Made by a program: the position numbers and the translations under genes. From an uncultured Candidatus Saccharibacteria bacterium (GTDB lineage: Bacteria > Patescibacteriota > Saccharimonadia > Saccharimonadales > JAGQNJ01), in the NCBI GenBank assembly GCA_964426755.1, contig CAYRRR010000001.1:58946-122945 (forward strand): a stretch of DNA of 64,000 nt, written 5' to 3'. Position 1 is the stretch's first letter, and the number at the start of each line of letters is the position of its first letter. The notes beneath the pieces were generated by a model. It was given only the letters and a program-made list of their open reading frames with translations. It was not told where the DNA came from and did no database searches. Shown piece after piece: positions 48,780 through 57,096 of this stretch.

Positions 48780-49235
48780 ATGGCATCTAACCGTCACTTG
48801 GGCCGAATCATTGCACTTCAAACCTTGTATGAGCAAGACTTTCGTCGCGATTGCAAAGATAAGTCGCTCAAGCTTGATGATGTGCTTGAGAGAAATATCG
48901 ACCGGTATAGCAAAACTGTAGATGACATAGAGTTCATTCGCAACTTAGTTGTCGGGGTAGATAAGCACGATAAATATCTAGATGAAGTGCTGCAACCAAT
49001 TGCACCCGATTGGCCGCTTGACCAAATTGCGCGTATGGATCACATGATCTTGCGTATTGGTGCTTACGAGCTACTATTTGCCGAAACAGCAGTACCTTCC
49101 AAGGTTGCCATCAATGAAGCGGTTGAGCTGGCTAAGTCGTTTGGCGGAGATAATTCTTCAAAGTTTGTCAACGGCGTACTCGGTACACTCATTAAGCAAA
49201 AAGAAGATGGCAAGCTTCCCCCTTATACGGCATAA
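48780..49235 (+). CDS. nusB: transcription antitermination factor NusB
   Basis: 151 aa. [30 protein letters not shown] and FVNGVL are NusB blocks. Confidence 0.9.
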   Translation: MASNRHLGRIIALQTLYEQDFRRDCKDKSLKLDDVLERNIDRYSKTVDDIEFIRNLVVGVDKHDKYLDEVLQPIAPDWPLDQIARMDHMILRIGAYELLFAETAVPSKVAINEAVELAKSFGGDNSSKFVNGVLGTLIKQKEDGKLPPYTA

Positions 49236-49248
49236 AAGGAGATTAATC

Positions 49249-49740
49249 ATGAAACGACCTAAACCAATTCAAGGCTTTAGAAAATTTGTCACCCGGCGTA
49301 AACCGGTTATTAAAGAGGTGCTTCGTGAACCGACTGCCGGAGGTATCGTGTACCGCAAAAAAGCCAAAAAAGTTGAAATCTTACTTATCCAAGACGCGAA
49401 AGATCGCTGGACTATTCCAAAAGGTCATATCGAAGAAGGTGAGGCAGCCAAAGACACTGCCGCCCGTGAAATCAAAGAAGAAACCGGACTTGAAAAATTA
49501 CGAGTATTAAACTGGTTAGGTAAAATTAACTTTCGGTACCGCCGACAAAACAGTTTGGTTTTAATGACTACCGATATTTTTTTAGTTGAAGCTCAAGGTG
49601 ACACCGATGCCTTAAAACCTGAAGATTGGATGAACGGCATTAAGTGGTTTCCCGCACAAGAAGCACTTGATAAAATTGAATATGAAGATATTGGCAAAAT
49701 CATTTTATTAGGATTAAATCGAATACGTAAAGCCGCCTAA
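49249..49740 (+). CDS. Nudix hydrolase (stand-alone)
   Basis: 163 aa from the ATG at 49249 with an AAAGGAG SD upstream. Perfect Nudix box GHIEEGEAAKDTAAREIKEETGL. The track ORF start at 49057 overlaps nusB and is rejected. Confidence 0.85.
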   Translation: MKRPKPIQGFRKFVTRRKPVIKEVLREPTAGGIVYRKKAKKVEILLIQDAKDRWTIPKGHIEEGEAAKDTAAREIKEETGLEKLRVLNWLGKINFRYRRQNSLVLMTTDIFLVEAQGDTDALKPEDWMNGIKWFPAQEALDKIEYEDIGKIILLGLNRIRKAA

Positions 49741-49742
49741 AG

Positions 49743-50438
49743 ATGCAAGATACAACTAAATTTCAAGACTTTGCACGAAAAACGCTTGGCGTAGAATTTA
49801 AAGACATCTCATTACTGGTAACGGCTTTTACGCACCGCTCTTACGTTAATGAGCATCGTAAAACTGCTAAAATTCATAATGAACGATTAGAGTTTTTAGG
49901 TGATGCCGTCCTTGAGCTGGTTGTGACAGAGTATTTATATTCGCATTTTGATGAGCCAGAAGGAATCTTAACTAACTGGCGCAGTGCGTTGGTGCGGACC
50001 GAGAGCATCAGTGATGCCGCCAAAAATCATGATTTTGAACCGTTATTGCGTTTAAGTAGAGGTGAGCGTCGCGGCACTGAGCGTGCTCGGGCTCAGATTT
50101 TAGCCAATTGTTACGAGGCGGTAATAGGTGCTCTCTATCTTGATCAAGGATATGACGTGACTAAAAATTTTATTGAAAAGACATTACTCATAACCTTTGA
50201 AGAGATATTAAACAGCGGTTCATGGATGGATCCTAAGTCACATTTGCAAGAAAAAGCTCAAAGCAAAGAAGGTTTTACGCCAGTGTACCGTGTTTTGAGT
50301 GAAGAAGGACCCGATCACGATAAAATCTTTACAGTGGGTGTATTCGTGGGCGAAAACATGCGTGGTCAAGGGGTTGGACCGAGTAAGCAAGCTGCCCAGC
50401 AGCAAGCTGCTCAGAACGCTTTACAGTTCTATCTCTAG
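49743..50438 (+). CDS. rnc: ribonuclease III
   Basis: 231 aa. Signature NERLEFLGDAVL. C-terminal dsRBD (GPDHDKIFTVGVFV...GPSKQAAQQQAAQNAL). Confidence 0.95.
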   Translation: MQDTTKFQDFARKTLGVEFKDISLLVTAFTHRSYVNEHRKTAKIHNERLEFLGDAVLELVVTEYLYSHFDEPEGILTNWRSALVRTESISDAAKNHDFEPLLRLSRGERRGTERARAQILANCYEAVIGALYLDQGYDVTKNFIEKTLLITFEEILNSGSWMDPKSHLQEKAQSKEGFTPVYRVLSEEGPDHDKIFTVGVFVGENMRGQGVGPSKQAAQQQAAQNALQFYL

Positions 50439-50445
50439 TCTTTAG

Positions 50446-50474
50446 TTGACAACAGAGGCCGACACCTGTAAAAT
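50446..50474 (+). promoter_or_regulatory. sigma70-type promoter upstream of rpsP (TTGACA, 17 nt spacer, TAAAAT)
   Basis: TTGACA at 50446-50451 and TAAAAT at 50469-50474 with a 17-nt spacer. Confidence 0.5.
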
Positions 50475-50531
50475 ATATCGGACGCTTAAGTATTAATTCT
50501 GTAAGGAAGAAAGAGAGCTAATCAAAAATCA

Positions 50532-50945
50532 ATGCTAGCTATTCGTTTACAACGAACCGGACGTAAAGGGCACGCTCAGTACCGTGTTGTCGTTCAAGAC
50601 TCTCGCTTGACCCCTACGAGTGGTCGAGTGGTGGCGCGCCTCGGTCATTATGATCCACACACCAAAGACTTGGTTTTGAAAAAGGACCAAGCAGAGTTTT
50701 ATCTTAAGAATGGTGCGCATCCGTCAGATCGCGTCATTAAGCTCTTAAAAAAAGAGGGTGTAACGCTACCAGCATGGGTAAGCGAACCTATTGAGCAAAG
50801 CCGTACCACACGAAACGCTGAAAAATTGCGTAAAAATCAACCAAAAGATGAGACGCCGAAAGATGATGCTCCAGAAGAAAAGCCAGCTGAAGTCGAGGCA
50901 CCTGAACCATCTGAAGACCAGTCTCAAGAATCAACACAAGAATAG
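50532..50945 (+). CDS. rpsP: 30S ribosomal protein S16 with a long acidic/Pro-rich C-terminal extension
   Basis: 137 aa. MLAIRLQRTGRKGHAQYRVVV is the canonical S16 N-terminus. The last ~50 aa are a low-complexity K/E/P tail. Confidence 0.93.
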   Translation: MLAIRLQRTGRKGHAQYRVVVQDSRLTPTSGRVVARLGHYDPHTKDLVLKKDQAEFYLKNGAHPSDRVIKLLKKEGVTLPAWVSEPIEQSRTTRNAEKLRKNQPKDETPKDDAPEEKPAEVEAPEPSEDQSQESTQE

Positions 50946-51004
50946 TAGTTTTTTGACTTTGCTATAATAAAGCAGTAATTGAGATAAGGAAGGAACTTCT
51001 TACC

Positions 51005-51430
51005 ATGAGTACCATCGACCAGCAGTTTGTAGAGTTTATTGTCAAATCCGTTGTCGGCAATCCCGATGCAGTGCAAGTTACTCGTAAAATTGACGAACGA
51101 GGAGTTCTATTAGAGCTAACCGTTGATCCGCAGGATCTTGGACGTGTTATAGGCAAGCGCGGAGCAGGTGCTCAAGCGCTCCGAACTCTTTTGCGTGCAT
51201 TGGGTACAAAAAACGATGCTCGTTATAATCTGAAGATCGTAGATAATGGAGATGCCGTAGATAAAAGTGATAATAATTCAGCGGTAGAGAAGGCGAATAA
51301 TGATCCCGATGCTGGTACAGCCACAACACAAACAGATGAACCAGCTGATGAAGACGATGCAGTAGAAGAAAACTCACGTACTGAGAAAACACGTCGTGAG
51401 CTAGAAGAGCTTGACGACCTCGACATTTAA
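51005..51430 (+). CDS. KH-domain RNA-binding protein (UPF0109/YlqC-like) with acidic C-terminal extension
   Basis: 141 aa. The LGRVIGKRGAGAQALRTLL block contains the GxxG KH motif. The gene sits in the conserved position between rpsP and trmD. Confidence 0.85.
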   Translation: MSTIDQQFVEFIVKSVVGNPDAVQVTRKIDERGVLLELTVDPQDLGRVIGKRGAGAQALRTLLRALGTKNDARYNLKIVDNGDAVDKSDNNSAVEKANNDPDAGTATTQTDEPADEDDAVEENSRTEKTRRELEELDDLDI

Positions 51431-51439
51431 GAAAAGTCT

Positions 51440-52087
51440 ATGAAGATTCAAATCATCTCATTATTCCCAGAGATGTTCGATGGTGTGCTCAATACCAGCA
51501 TGCTCTATAAAGCACAAGATAAAAAACTTGTTTCGTTTCAGCATATAAATTTGCGTGATTTTGGTCTGGGGCCACGCAAGCAAGTCGATGATGTGCCGTA
51601 TGGCGGTGGTGACGGCATGCTGTTACGGCCAGAGCCATTGTTTGCGGCGGTTGAGGCGGCAAAAAAGAACGATTCGCATGCAAATGTTTATTTAATGACT
51701 CCTCGTGGTGAAAGATTGGTACAACCAGTTGTACAAGAAATTGCTGCATCTGATCGGGGAATGATTATTATTTGTGCCCGTTACGAAGGTTATGACGAGC
51801 GTGTGACAGCACTGGTAGATAGACAAATTTCTATTGGCGATTATATCTTGACGGGTGGAGAGCTTCCGGCAATGGTTTTAATAGATAGTGTTGTGCGGTT
51901 ATTGCCAGGAGTTTTAGGTGGTGAAACCTCTGCTCAGATTGAAAGTTTTAGTGATGGTAAGACACTCGAATATCCGCAGTATACCCGTCCGGAAGATTAT
52001 AATGGCTTAAAAGTCCCTCCTGTTCTATTAAGCGGTAACCACGCACAAATTGCTAAATGGCGAGAAGAAAATTCAAAGTCGACATAG
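51440..52087 (+). CDS. trmD: tRNA (guanine37-N1)-methyltransferase
   Basis: 215 aa. IISLFPEMF, DDVPYGGGDGML, ICARYEGYDERV, SIGDYILTGGELPAMVLIDSVVRLLPGVLG. Confidence 0.95.
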   Translation: MKIQIISLFPEMFDGVLNTSMLYKAQDKKLVSFQHINLRDFGLGPRKQVDDVPYGGGDGMLLRPEPLFAAVEAAKKNDSHANVYLMTPRGERLVQPVVQEIAASDRGMIIICARYEGYDERVTALVDRQISIGDYILTGGELPAMVLIDSVVRLLPGVLGGETSAQIESFSDGKTLEYPQYTRPEDYNGLKVPPVLLSGNHAQIAKWREENSKST

Positions 52088-52113
52088 TATTAAAAACATG
52101 ACATAATAAAATT

Positions 52114-52899
52114 ATGTCGGGAGAAGAAATTACTTCTTTTGAGTTTGTCAAAGAGCAAATGACTGTTTATTTTGATCGCGCAAAAGATAAACTCAGTCAT
52201 TTTTATTTCGCTGCTGATGCGGATAGAGAGGCCTTTCATAACTCGGTGGGCCTCTCTTTTGAGTCTGAAAGACAAAAGGGGGCTCTTATTCCCACTATCA
52301 GCAAATCAAGCGAAGAGGGTTTGGTAGTAAAAGTTGAGCCAGACAGCCTTATGGAACTCTCTGAGGCGCTCACCCAAGATACGGGCTTTAGTCCAGCTGA
52401 TGTAGCAAAACTTCTAGTAGGAATAGGCGTAGCCAGAGCCATGCTTTTCTTTAAGATGCCAAGCACAGCTTTTAATACTGATCCAAGTCAAATAGAGCGC
52501 TTTGAAGAGATATTGTACGATGATCAGTCATTATTATCGCAGGCATATATTGCTGATCCAAAAGGTGAAGCTAATTTGGTAGAAACTATCGGCCGGCTAG
52601 ACCATGATGACAGGCTGAAGATTAATACACTGCGTTTTCTGGCTGGTATAAGTTTGCAGCACCTTACAGATTCGCTGCCGTTGCAGCACACTATTGCTAA
52701 AGTGTTCCATCCACTTTTGTTCGGCGATCAAAAAAAACGCGAAATGGATTATAAGATGGCGTTAGTTCTGACTGAAGATACAGAGCAGGCTGAAAAGTAT
52801 TACGATAGTACCGTAGATCACGTGTTGATTGCATTAAGTTTTCCGATGTCACCATCCGAAACGGTGCGACTAATCGTTCATAATGAGGATGACGCTTAA
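52114..52899 (+). CDS. hypothetical protein (261 aa)
   Basis: Long ORF with no family recognised. Confidence 0.5.
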   Translation: MSGEEITSFEFVKEQMTVYFDRAKDKLSHFYFAADADREAFHNSVGLSFESERQKGALIPTISKSSEEGLVVKVEPDSLMELSEALTQDTGFSPADVAKLLVGIGVARAMLFFKMPSTAFNTDPSQIERFEEILYDDQSLLSQAYIADPKGEANLVETIGRLDHDDRLKINTLRFLAGISLQHLTDSLPLQHTIAKVFHPLLFGDQKKREMDYKMALVLTEDTEQAEKYYDSTVDHVLIALSFPMSPSETVRLIVHNEDDA

Positions 52900-52962
52900 T
52901 GTAAGTTATCTCACTGAACTCGTAGGCTGCAGCACTTACAGTTATGACTACACGGAGGAAAT

Positions 52963-53262
52963 ATGCAGCCAGATGATAAAAAAGATGATACGGCACCACA
53001 AAGAGATGCTTCTCGGCTAAATAGTGCAAATAGGACGCCTAATGAGTCAGATCTTGGCACCGAGCTACCACAAGATCATGCAACGCCGTTTTCGCCACCC
53101 TCAGGGGTGCAGGACCGGATTGATGATACTCACCAGGTGACCGATTCAAATATCGACCCTGATGAGCGCTATCATAAAGGCATTGAAGGGGCTGCAGGCG
53201 TAGACCTACCGGGGCAGGCTGCCGATGAAAGTGGTGATATTCCTGAAATACAAGAAAGTTAA
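52963..53262 (+). CDS. hypothetical acidic, probably disordered protein (99 aa)
   Basis: GGAGGAAATATG SD context. Composition is D/E/P/S-rich. Confidence 0.45.
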   Translation: MQPDDKKDDTAPQRDASRLNSANRTPNESDLGTELPQDHATPFSPPSGVQDRIDDTHQVTDSNIDPDERYHKGIEGAAGVDLPGQAADESGDIPEIQES

Positions 53263-53264
53263 AT

Positions 53265-53528
53265 ATGAAGCGCACACGTTATTCGATCAAAAAAATGATT
53301 AGTGCTACTATAGGTTTTCCGCTGGTGGTATTAGGCATTATTTTAATTCCATTGCCTGGCCCCGGTTTGCTAACAAGCCTGTTGGGCTTGTTTGTATTGT
53401 CGTATGAATTTGACTGGGCAAAAACGCGCAAAGAGCAAACCTTAAAAGAGCTTCATAAAATTATACAAAGGGCTCAAATGAGAGCTGACCGGATTGCTAA
53501 TTATCAAAAAGACAATAAATCTTCATAA
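53265..53528 (+). CDS. PGPGW-domain transmembrane protein
   Basis: 87 aa. IPLPGPGLLTSLLGLFVLSYEFDWAK contains the PGPG motif. It resembles ORF 3378-3842. Confidence 0.65.
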   Translation: MKRTRYSIKKMISATIGFPLVVLGIILIPLPGPGLLTSLLGLFVLSYEFDWAKTRKEQTLKELHKIIQRAQMRADRIANYQKDNKSS

Positions 53529-53703
53529 TACGACCGTATCAAATAGAATTAACTCTTGATAAGTCTGTTATTTGACTTAGGCATGATAAATCAGCATAAA
53601 CCATTTCACCAAAGTATCGATGTTTTTCTGCTTAAAAACCGCAGCAGTTTTTTATTTTAGGTGGAATGACGTAAGAGCTGGTAGCTGCTGCTACAATATC
53701 TTC

Positions 53704-54123
53704 ATGAGCAATATTAAAACTAAAGTCAATGATGCGAGTGTTGATGATTTTATTAACAGCGTTGAAGACGAAACTAAACGTCGTGATAGCTTTACGTTAC
53801 TTGAAATGTATAAAAAAACTACGGGTGAAATGCCAAAGATGTGGGGCAGTAGTATGATAGGCTTTGGCCAATACCACTATAAATCGGAACGAAGCCGTCA
53901 AGAAGGTGACTGGCCACTTGCAGCTTTTTCGCCTCGTAAGCAAAGTTTAACGCTATATCTCATGAGCGGATTGACTAACCTTACTGATTTGCTGATTGGT
54001 CTGGGTAAGCACAAAACAAGCAAGGGTTGTCTTTATATACAGAAATTGGCAGATGTCGATTTAAACGTGCTAACAAAAATAATAGAACAATCATATAAAG
54101 ATTCTAAAGCTAAATTTTCATGA
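53704..54123 (+). CDS. DUF1801 (YdhG-like) domain protein
   Basis: 139 aa from the ATG at 53704. VDDFINSVEDETKRRDSFTLLEMYKKTTGEMPKMWGSSMIGFG is typical of DUF1801. The upstream extension from 53620 is rejected. Confidence 0.7.
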   Translation: MSNIKTKVNDASVDDFINSVEDETKRRDSFTLLEMYKKTTGEMPKMWGSSMIGFGQYHYKSERSRQEGDWPLAAFSPRKQSLTLYLMSGLTNLTDLLIGLGKHKTSKGCLYIQKLADVDLNVLTKIIEQSYKDSKAKFS

Positions 54124-54129
54124 AAGGCA

Positions 54130-55395
54130 TTACCTAGATTTTTTTGCATGTAGCCCCGAACGCTTGCGCTGCTTCTCAATCAAAGTGGTCGCGGCTTGAA
54201 CACTATCGAGATAATTTCTTGCTTCAGAGGTTGCAATTAAAGGTTCGCCGGAAACCGGGGTTACTTTGATGGTGCTCGTATACAATCGAGGCTGCTTAGC
54301 AGTATTTTTACGCACGCCTGTAGCTACATTAATTTTTTCAATATTCATTCGTTTTCGTAATTTTTCCCAAAACAGAGCAAGATGTCTTTCGCCAGCTATC
54401 AGCTGATCTTCAGGTGTATCAGAGACAGGTACATTGATAGTGAGTGGTGAATCGATGTCGGCTTTGGATGGTGTAATGGCTCTTAATATATCTCGAATTG
54501 ACACTAAGCCAGTCGGTCGAAATTTGCGGTCTATCAACACTACGCTATTATGCGGTGAATTCGTTAGATGAACAACAAGATCTGTTTTGCTAGAGTCGGC
54601 CGGAAGAGAATCTACCATAGTTGTGGCATAACGCCGCACTGGATAATCAGCGCGAAACTTCTTTTCACCTCCACGGGAGTAAAAACCGACAACCGATCCT
54701 TCAGAAGGGTAGCGACGTTTCACTGATGGTTTTATGAATGCGCGCGCTAAGTCGTTTCGAGTGATAATGCCACCAATTGCGCCGGTATCTTTAGCAAGAA
54801 TGATGCGTGATACGCCCGTATCTTTTAGCTGGTTGTAAATATCACCAACCAGTGAATCGATAGGCGCAGTCACTGGTTTTTGAACTGATATGGCGCTACT
54901 TATCTTTTGCAATACATCTGAATCGCCAATGATGTGGTTTATGATATCATGACCATTCACTACACCAATGATTTTTCTAGAGTCGTCAAAAACGGGCAGA
55001 GTATAAATTTTTGTAGCAAGCATATGAGTGACGACTTCGTGCAGCAATGTCTCTTCGGTAAGGGTGGGCGGCACCATTAATACCGTTTCTACTTTTGTGT
55101 CATAAGGGAAGTGGTTGGTGTAGAGCGTTTTGTAGGGCGACACCAGTCCCATAAAATCTCCAGACTCATCAAAGATGAATACAGCCTCATGGCTAGAAGT
55201 AACTTTTGAGAGAACGCTGCCGAGTGTTTTTTCGATTGTATCAGTTATTACGGTATCTAGCGGCTTCACAAGACCAGTAAGTTTCCTCGTGTTAATCGCA
55301 CTCGCAATTTGTTGTAGCATACTTATATTATGACTTATGCAAGCAGAAGTGGCTGTACGTTTTCTTATTGCGTAAATGTAATTAGTATGTAACAA
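54130..55395 (-). CDS. four-CBS-domain protein with HPF/YfiA (S30AE)-like C-terminal domain
   Basis: Four CBS-like repeats (e.g. LPVFDDSRKIIGVVNGHDII, AIGGIITRNDLARAF, PTGLVSIRDILRAI). The C-terminal ~95 aa align by eye with ribosome hibernation factors (LYTSTIKVTPVSGEPLIATSEARNYLDSVQAATTLIEKQRKR). The start is more likely Met26 at 55320. Confidence 0.7.
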   Translation of the reverse strand: MLHTNYIYAIRKRTATSACISHNISMLQQIASAINTRKLTGLVKPLDTVITDTIEKTLGSVLSKVTSSHEAVFIFDESGDFMGLVSPYKTLYTNHFPYDTKVETVLMVPPTLTEETLLHEVVTHMLATKIYTLPVFDDSRKIIGVVNGHDIINHIIGDSDVLQKISSAISVQKPVTAPIDSLVGDIYNQLKDTGVSRIILAKDTGAIGGIITRNDLARAFIKPSVKRRYPSEGSVVGFYSRGGEKKFRADYPVRRYATTMVDSLPADSSKTDLVVHLTNSPHNSVVLIDRKFRPTGLVSIRDILRAITPSKADIDSPLTINVPVSDTPEDQLIAGERHLALFWEKLRKRMNIEKINVATGVRKNTAKQPRLYTSTIKVTPVSGEPLIATSEARNYLDSVQAATTLIEKQRKRSGLHAKKSR

Positions 55396-55525
55396 ATATA
55401 CTTTGTTTTTGAATGTATTAGCTCACCAAAAACTTTATAAAGCGGTCTGTCAGCTTAAGTATGTATTTCTATTATTACCGCGACGTTTGTTTGTAATTTA
55501 TCTTTAAACATTGGTTATGAAACTA

Positions 55526-55547
55526 TGGCTGGGGATGAGGGATTCGA
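55526..55547 (-). repeat. perfect 22-nt direct copy of the tRNA-Gln 3' end (T-loop to CCA)
   Basis: Plus-strand TGGCTGGGGATGAGGGATTCGA at 55526-55547 is identical to 55707-55728, the 3' end of tRNA-Gln. Confidence 0.85.
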
Positions 55548-55675
55548 CTTACCTTCGGCGAGCCCACAACTTTTGCTTTGCAAACAAGTTCGCAAGTGAA
55601 GATTGCTTTGCGACATGTCACCGACATGTTTCACCCCGATCACTTTCGTTCGGGTGTTCAAATTGCTGAGCTAAG

Positions 55676-55699
55676 AAAAAACGAGCCCCGAAGACTCGC
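55676..55699 (-). terminator. rho-independent terminator immediately downstream of tRNA-Gln (minus strand)
   Basis: Minus-strand GCGAGUC-UUCG-GGGCUCG imperfect hairpin followed by U6, which is the A-run at 55676-55681 on the plus strand. Confidence 0.6.
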
Positions 55700-55706
55700 C
55701 TTTTCT

Positions 55707-55780
55707 TGGCTGGGGATGAGGGATTCGAACCCCCGATCATGGGACCAGAACCCACTGCCTTACCGCTTGGCTAATCCCCA
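55707..55780 (-). tRNA. tRNA-Gln (anticodon CTG), CCA encoded
   Basis: The reverse complement folds with acceptor TGGGGAT/ATCCCCA. U1-A72 and G73 are Gln identity elements. Anticodon stem GTGGG/CCCAT with loop TTCTGGT. T arm GGGGG-TTCGAAT-CCCTC. Confidence 0.93.
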
Positions 55781-55965
55781 ATAAGGTATAAAAAACGTTT
55801 TAAAATTGTCCTTGTCGACAACGCTGGCTTCTAATGACCATGCTGACTGCTTTTTGACACTCTAACAGGGCTATTTTATCAGGGATAAAGATAAAATTCT
55901 AGAGGTAGGGCATTTATTACCATGAGCAATTTTTTATTTCGATAAAATCTTGTATAGTCACGTTT

Positions 55966-56115
55966 ATGAGTTTAGCAGCTTGGGTTTCATTGTTATTGTT
56001 CTTTCTTATTACGCCTATTATTTTGTTGCATTTTGCGGTCATGCCGGCTCTGAATCAGTTGAAATATACGTATGAAAGCGCTGATACAACTGCTCGACAC
56101 ATTATTGAGCAATAG
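55966..56115 (+). CDS. possible 49-aa single-TM micropeptide upstream of corA
   Basis: My own translation is MSLAAWVSLLLFFLITPIILLHFAVMPALNQLKYTYESADTTARHIIEQ. It is below the ORF-track cutoff and has no clear SD. Confidence 0.25.
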   Translation: MSLAAWVSLLLFFLITPIILLHFAVMPALNQLKYTYESADTTARHIIEQ

Positions 56116-56169
56116 GCATTCCCCAATCTTCTGTTATACTTTTAGTAAATAACCTAAACAAATACTCCT

Positions 56170-57096
56170 ATGATTGAAATTTTATATAGTACGAACCACA
56201 GCCCGGTTATTCAGCGGCTAGAAAAAAGCAAAGCCGGGGCCTGGATTAATGTTATCGAGCCGACCAAAGAAGAGCTTGAGTCGCTGGCTGATACCTATAA
56301 TCTTGACATTGACTTATTGGTTGATGCCGTAGATATTTATGAAACACCACGTATTGAACAAGAAGGAAGTGATACCTATATCTTCTCTCGTTACTGTTAT
56401 CCGCAAGGACGTGACATTGCAACAGAGCCACTACTCATTATTTATACAAAAAATCATCTCTTCACAATAGCACGCATAAAAAGTACGGTACTCGAGCGTC
56501 TTACTGGCGGAATTGAACCGGTTGCCACCACTCAAAAGACAAAAACGTTGTTGCAAATTTTGGCAGCGATTAACTTTTCGTATGAACGCAACATGTATAG
56601 TGTTAACAAACTATTGCTAAGCCTTAGAAGTAAGTTAAGTAAATCAGACATTAGAAATGAATACTTTATTGAATTTATTGATATTGAAGAGAACTTAAAT
56701 GAGTATCTTACTGCCTTGCAACCTCAAGCGGTTATGTTTAGAAACCTACTAAATGGACGTTTCTTGCCGCTTTATGAACAAGACAAAGATTTAGTTGAAG
56801 ATTTATCTTTAAGCACGAATGAGCTGATAGATTTGATCAAATCAAGACTTAAAACAATATCAAACATTCGTGATGCCTACTCAACCATTATGGCAAATAA
56901 CCTAAACCGAATCTTTAAGCGCCTAACCAGTATTGGCATATTTATGGCAGTGCCAACGATTATTGCGAGTTTATATGGAATGAACGTAGCACTACCAAAC
57001 GATGACAGCGCATTTGCCTTTTGGGAGATCTTGCTTACAATCTCAATAATCACCGGACTTGTAGTTTACATCTTTAAAAAACTCAAATGGCTTTAA
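56170..57096 (+). CDS. corA: CorA-family divalent cation (Mg/Co) transporter
   Basis: 308 aa. The YGMNV motif (SLYGMNVALP) lies between two C-terminal TM helices. Confidence 0.88.
   Translation: MIEILYSTNHSPVIQRLEKSKAGAWINVIEPTKEELESLADTYNLDIDLLVDAVDIYETPRIEQEGSDTYIFSRYCYPQGRDIATEPLLIIYTKNHLFTIARIKSTVLERLTGGIEPVATTQKTKTLLQILAAINFSYERNMYSVNKLLLSLRSKLSKSDIRNEYFIEFIDIEENLNEYLTALQPQAVMFRNLLNGRFLPLYEQDKDLVEDLSLSTNELIDLIKSRLKTISNIRDAYSTIMANNLNRIFKRLTSIGIFMAVPTIIASLYGMNVALPNDDSAFAFWEILLTISIITGLVVYIFKKLKWL

Noticed and set aside
49057-49248. Upstream extension of the Nudix ORF overlapping nusB
   Set aside because: The extension is an alternative frame of nusB. An ATG with an AAAGGAG SD at 49249 gives a normal-size Nudix protein.
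55578-55784. 68-aa plus-strand ORF
   Set aside because: It covers the tRNA-Gln gene (antisense) and the tRNA-tail unit. It has no SD and no recognisable family.
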